Sequence record: DRR723986_8121
DNA: 61,390 nucleotides
Direction: 5' to 3' (one strand)
Shown here: piece after piece, positions 59,986-61,390 of the stretch
Position numbering within the stretch: position 1 is the stretch's first letter
Layout: each line of letters opens with the position of its first letter
Notes under the pieces: generated by a model
What the model saw: only the letters and a program-made list of their open reading frames with translations
What the model was told of the DNA's origin: nothing
Database searches by the model: none
Program-made: the position numbers and the translations under genes

Positions 59986-60876
59986 ATGAGTCTCAAATCA
60001 TTTTCAGAATATTTATCTCTAGAGAAGAAGTATTCTCAGCATACTATATTGGCGTATATCAGAGATGCTGAAGAGTTTCAATTGTTTCTCGATGAAAATC
60101 ATATGTCAACAGATGTATCTAAAGCAGATTATTCTCTAATAAGGCAATGGATTGTAGAATTAGTAAATGCAAATATTTCTAATAGGTCAATCAACCGTAA
60201 AATTTCCTCATTGAATGCCTTTTACAAGTTTTTATTAAAAATTGAAACAATAAAAACTAATCCACTCAAACAACACAAAGCATTAAAAGTTGGTAAAACT
60301 GTTCAATTACCATTTTCTGAAAACGAATTAAAACTTGTTTTAGAAAATTCCATTGTCGTAAATGATTTTGAAACTGCAAGAGATAAACTAATTATTGAGT
60401 TATTTTACGCCACAGGCATAAGGCGAATTGAATTGGTTAATATTAAAATATCAGATATTGATTTTAGTAAACAAGTATTAAAAGTGCTTGGTAAGCGTAA
60501 TAAAGAGCGTTATATACCACTAATTGATTCTGTAATCAATTCAATTAAAGTATATATAGATTATAGAAAAGAACTAACGGAAATAAAAAATAACGATATA
60601 TTATTACTAACAGTAAAGGGTCTTAAAGTTTATGAAATGCTTGTTTACAGAATAATAAATAAGTATTTTAGTATAGCATCTAGTAAAGCAAAGTGTAGTC
60701 CACATGTATTAAGACATTCTTTTGCAACACATTTGCTAAATGAAGGTGCAGATTTAAATGCTGTTAAAGAACTTCTTGGACATACAAGTTTAGCAGCGAC
60801 TCAAGTATATACGCATAATAGTATAGAGGAATTGAAAAAGGTGTATGCAAATGCACATCCAAGAAATAAAGGTTAG
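59986..60876 (+). CDS. xerC: Tyrosine recombinase, XerC-like
   Basis: ATGIRRIEL, GKRNKER, HVLRHSFATH, LGH and TQVYTH catalytic motifs; next to hpf and a tRNA. Confidence 0.85.
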   Translation: MSLKSFSEYLSLEKKYSQHTILAYIRDAEEFQLFLDENHMSTDVSKADYSLIRQWIVELVNANISNRSINRKISSLNAFYKFLLKIETIKTNPLKQHKALKVGKTVQLPFSENELKLVLENSIVVNDFETARDKLIIELFYATGIRRIELVNIKISDIDFSKQVLKVLGKRNKERYIPLIDSVINSIKVYIDYRKELTEIKNNDILLLTVKGLKVYEMLVYRIINKYFSIASSKAKCSPHVLRHSFATHLLNEGADLNAVKELLGHTSLAATQVYTHNSIEELKKVYANAHPRNKG

Positions 60877-60945
60877 TATTAAAGGTAGCCTTAGACTAGT
60901 TGCACAGAATCATGATGTGCTTATGTTTAACCAAAATGAAAATGT

Positions 60946-61248
60946 ATGAAAGTAAACACACAATCAGTAAATTTTACAGCAGACAAAAAACTAATTGATT
61001 TTATCCAGAAGAGAATGGATAAGTTAGATATGTTTTATGATAAGATCATTCAATCTGATGTATATTTAAAAGTTGAAAATACTAGCGATAAAGAAAACAA
61101 AGTTTTTGAAGCTAAAGTAAGTGTGCCAGGTGATAGTTTTATTGTTAAAAAGCAATGTAAAACATTTGAGGAAGGAGCTGATGTAGCGATTGCCTCATTA
61201 GAAAGACAGATAAAAAAACGAAAACAAAAATTAAGAGCTCACAACTAA
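60946..61248 (+). CDS. hpf: Ribosome hibernation promoting factor (HPF/RaiA)
   Basis: QSVNFTAD..L..FI and FEE..D...LERQIKKRK motifs; 100 aa. Confidence 0.88.
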   Translation: MKVNTQSVNFTADKKLIDFIQKRMDKLDMFYDKIIQSDVYLKVENTSDKENKVFEAKVSVPGDSFIVKKQCKTFEEGADVAIASLERQIKKRKQKLRAHN

Positions 61249-61268
61249 TAAAATTTTTTCAAAAATGT

Positions 61269-61298
61269 TTTGAATAAAAAAATAAAACACTACATTTG
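61269..61298 (+). promoter_or_regulatory. Promoter for the downstream tRNA operon
   Basis: TTTG (61269-61272), 18 nt spacer, TACATTTG (61291-61298). Confidence 0.65.
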
Positions 61299-61299
61299 C

Positions 61300-61326
61300 A
61301 GTCCGTTAGAAATAGCGGACTTTTTT
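61300..61326 (+). terminator. Intrinsic terminator downstream of hpf
   Basis: AGTCCGTTA-GAAA-TAGCGGACT followed by a T run. Confidence 0.7.
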
Positions 61327-61360
61327 ATGGTCTTATTTCGATGATAAAAAAGTAAAAAAA

Positions 61361-61390
61361 GCCGATATAGCTCAGCTGGCTAGAGCAGCT
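61361..61390 (+). tRNA. 5' part of a tRNA, probably tRNA-Thr (anticodon lies outside the window)
   Basis: GCCGATA acceptor strand and TAGCTCAGCTGGCTAGAGC D-arm; identity inferred from the GCC 5' end and the usual gene order after hpf. Confidence 0.8.

Noticed and set aside
59986..60876. Tyrosine recombinase next to a tRNA read as an island integrase
   Set aside because: Its 296-aa Xer-type length and position beside hpf match housekeeping xerC; no cargo genes or att repeats were seen
1..61390. CRISPR array, IS element or prophage
   Set aside because: No regularly spaced repeats, transposase or phage genes were recognised by eye; short repeats such as NNSY-NNSY (near 58245) and TLYA..TLYA (near 31987) are coding-level

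Overview
AT-rich chromosomal window from a Bacteroidota, most likely a marine Flavobacteriaceae (TAnnTTTG promoters, tmRNA tag GENNYALAA, gene order). It contains: a complete trpEGDCFBA operon with an unannotated Trp-Trp-Trp leader-peptide attenuator; a thiol-redox/Met-sulfoxide repair cluster (TlpA, thioredoxin-like, two rhodaneses, DsbD, nitroreductase, msrAB); tmRNA; kdsA; typA; a 12 kb glycan locus (FemAB-like GNAT, FdtA/FdtB-type amino-sugar enzymes, two Wzx flippases, glycosyltransferases, a KpsS-like protein, a 2OG-Fe(II) oxygenase and a TylF-like methyltransferase); ftsE, a large TPR protein plus an outer-membrane barrel; namZ, lolC/E and other housekeeping genes; and xerC-hpf followed by the start of a tRNA. 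Five accessory genes are disrupted. The most notable observations are the absence of rpsU (bS21) from its usual slot upstream of xerC, a diverged duplicate of the 3' end of an oxidoreductase gene that brackets a DUF1361 remnant (recombination scar), and the unusual glycan-modifying module. No CRISPR array, IS element or prophage was recognised. All calls come from motif recognition by eye; no searches were run.
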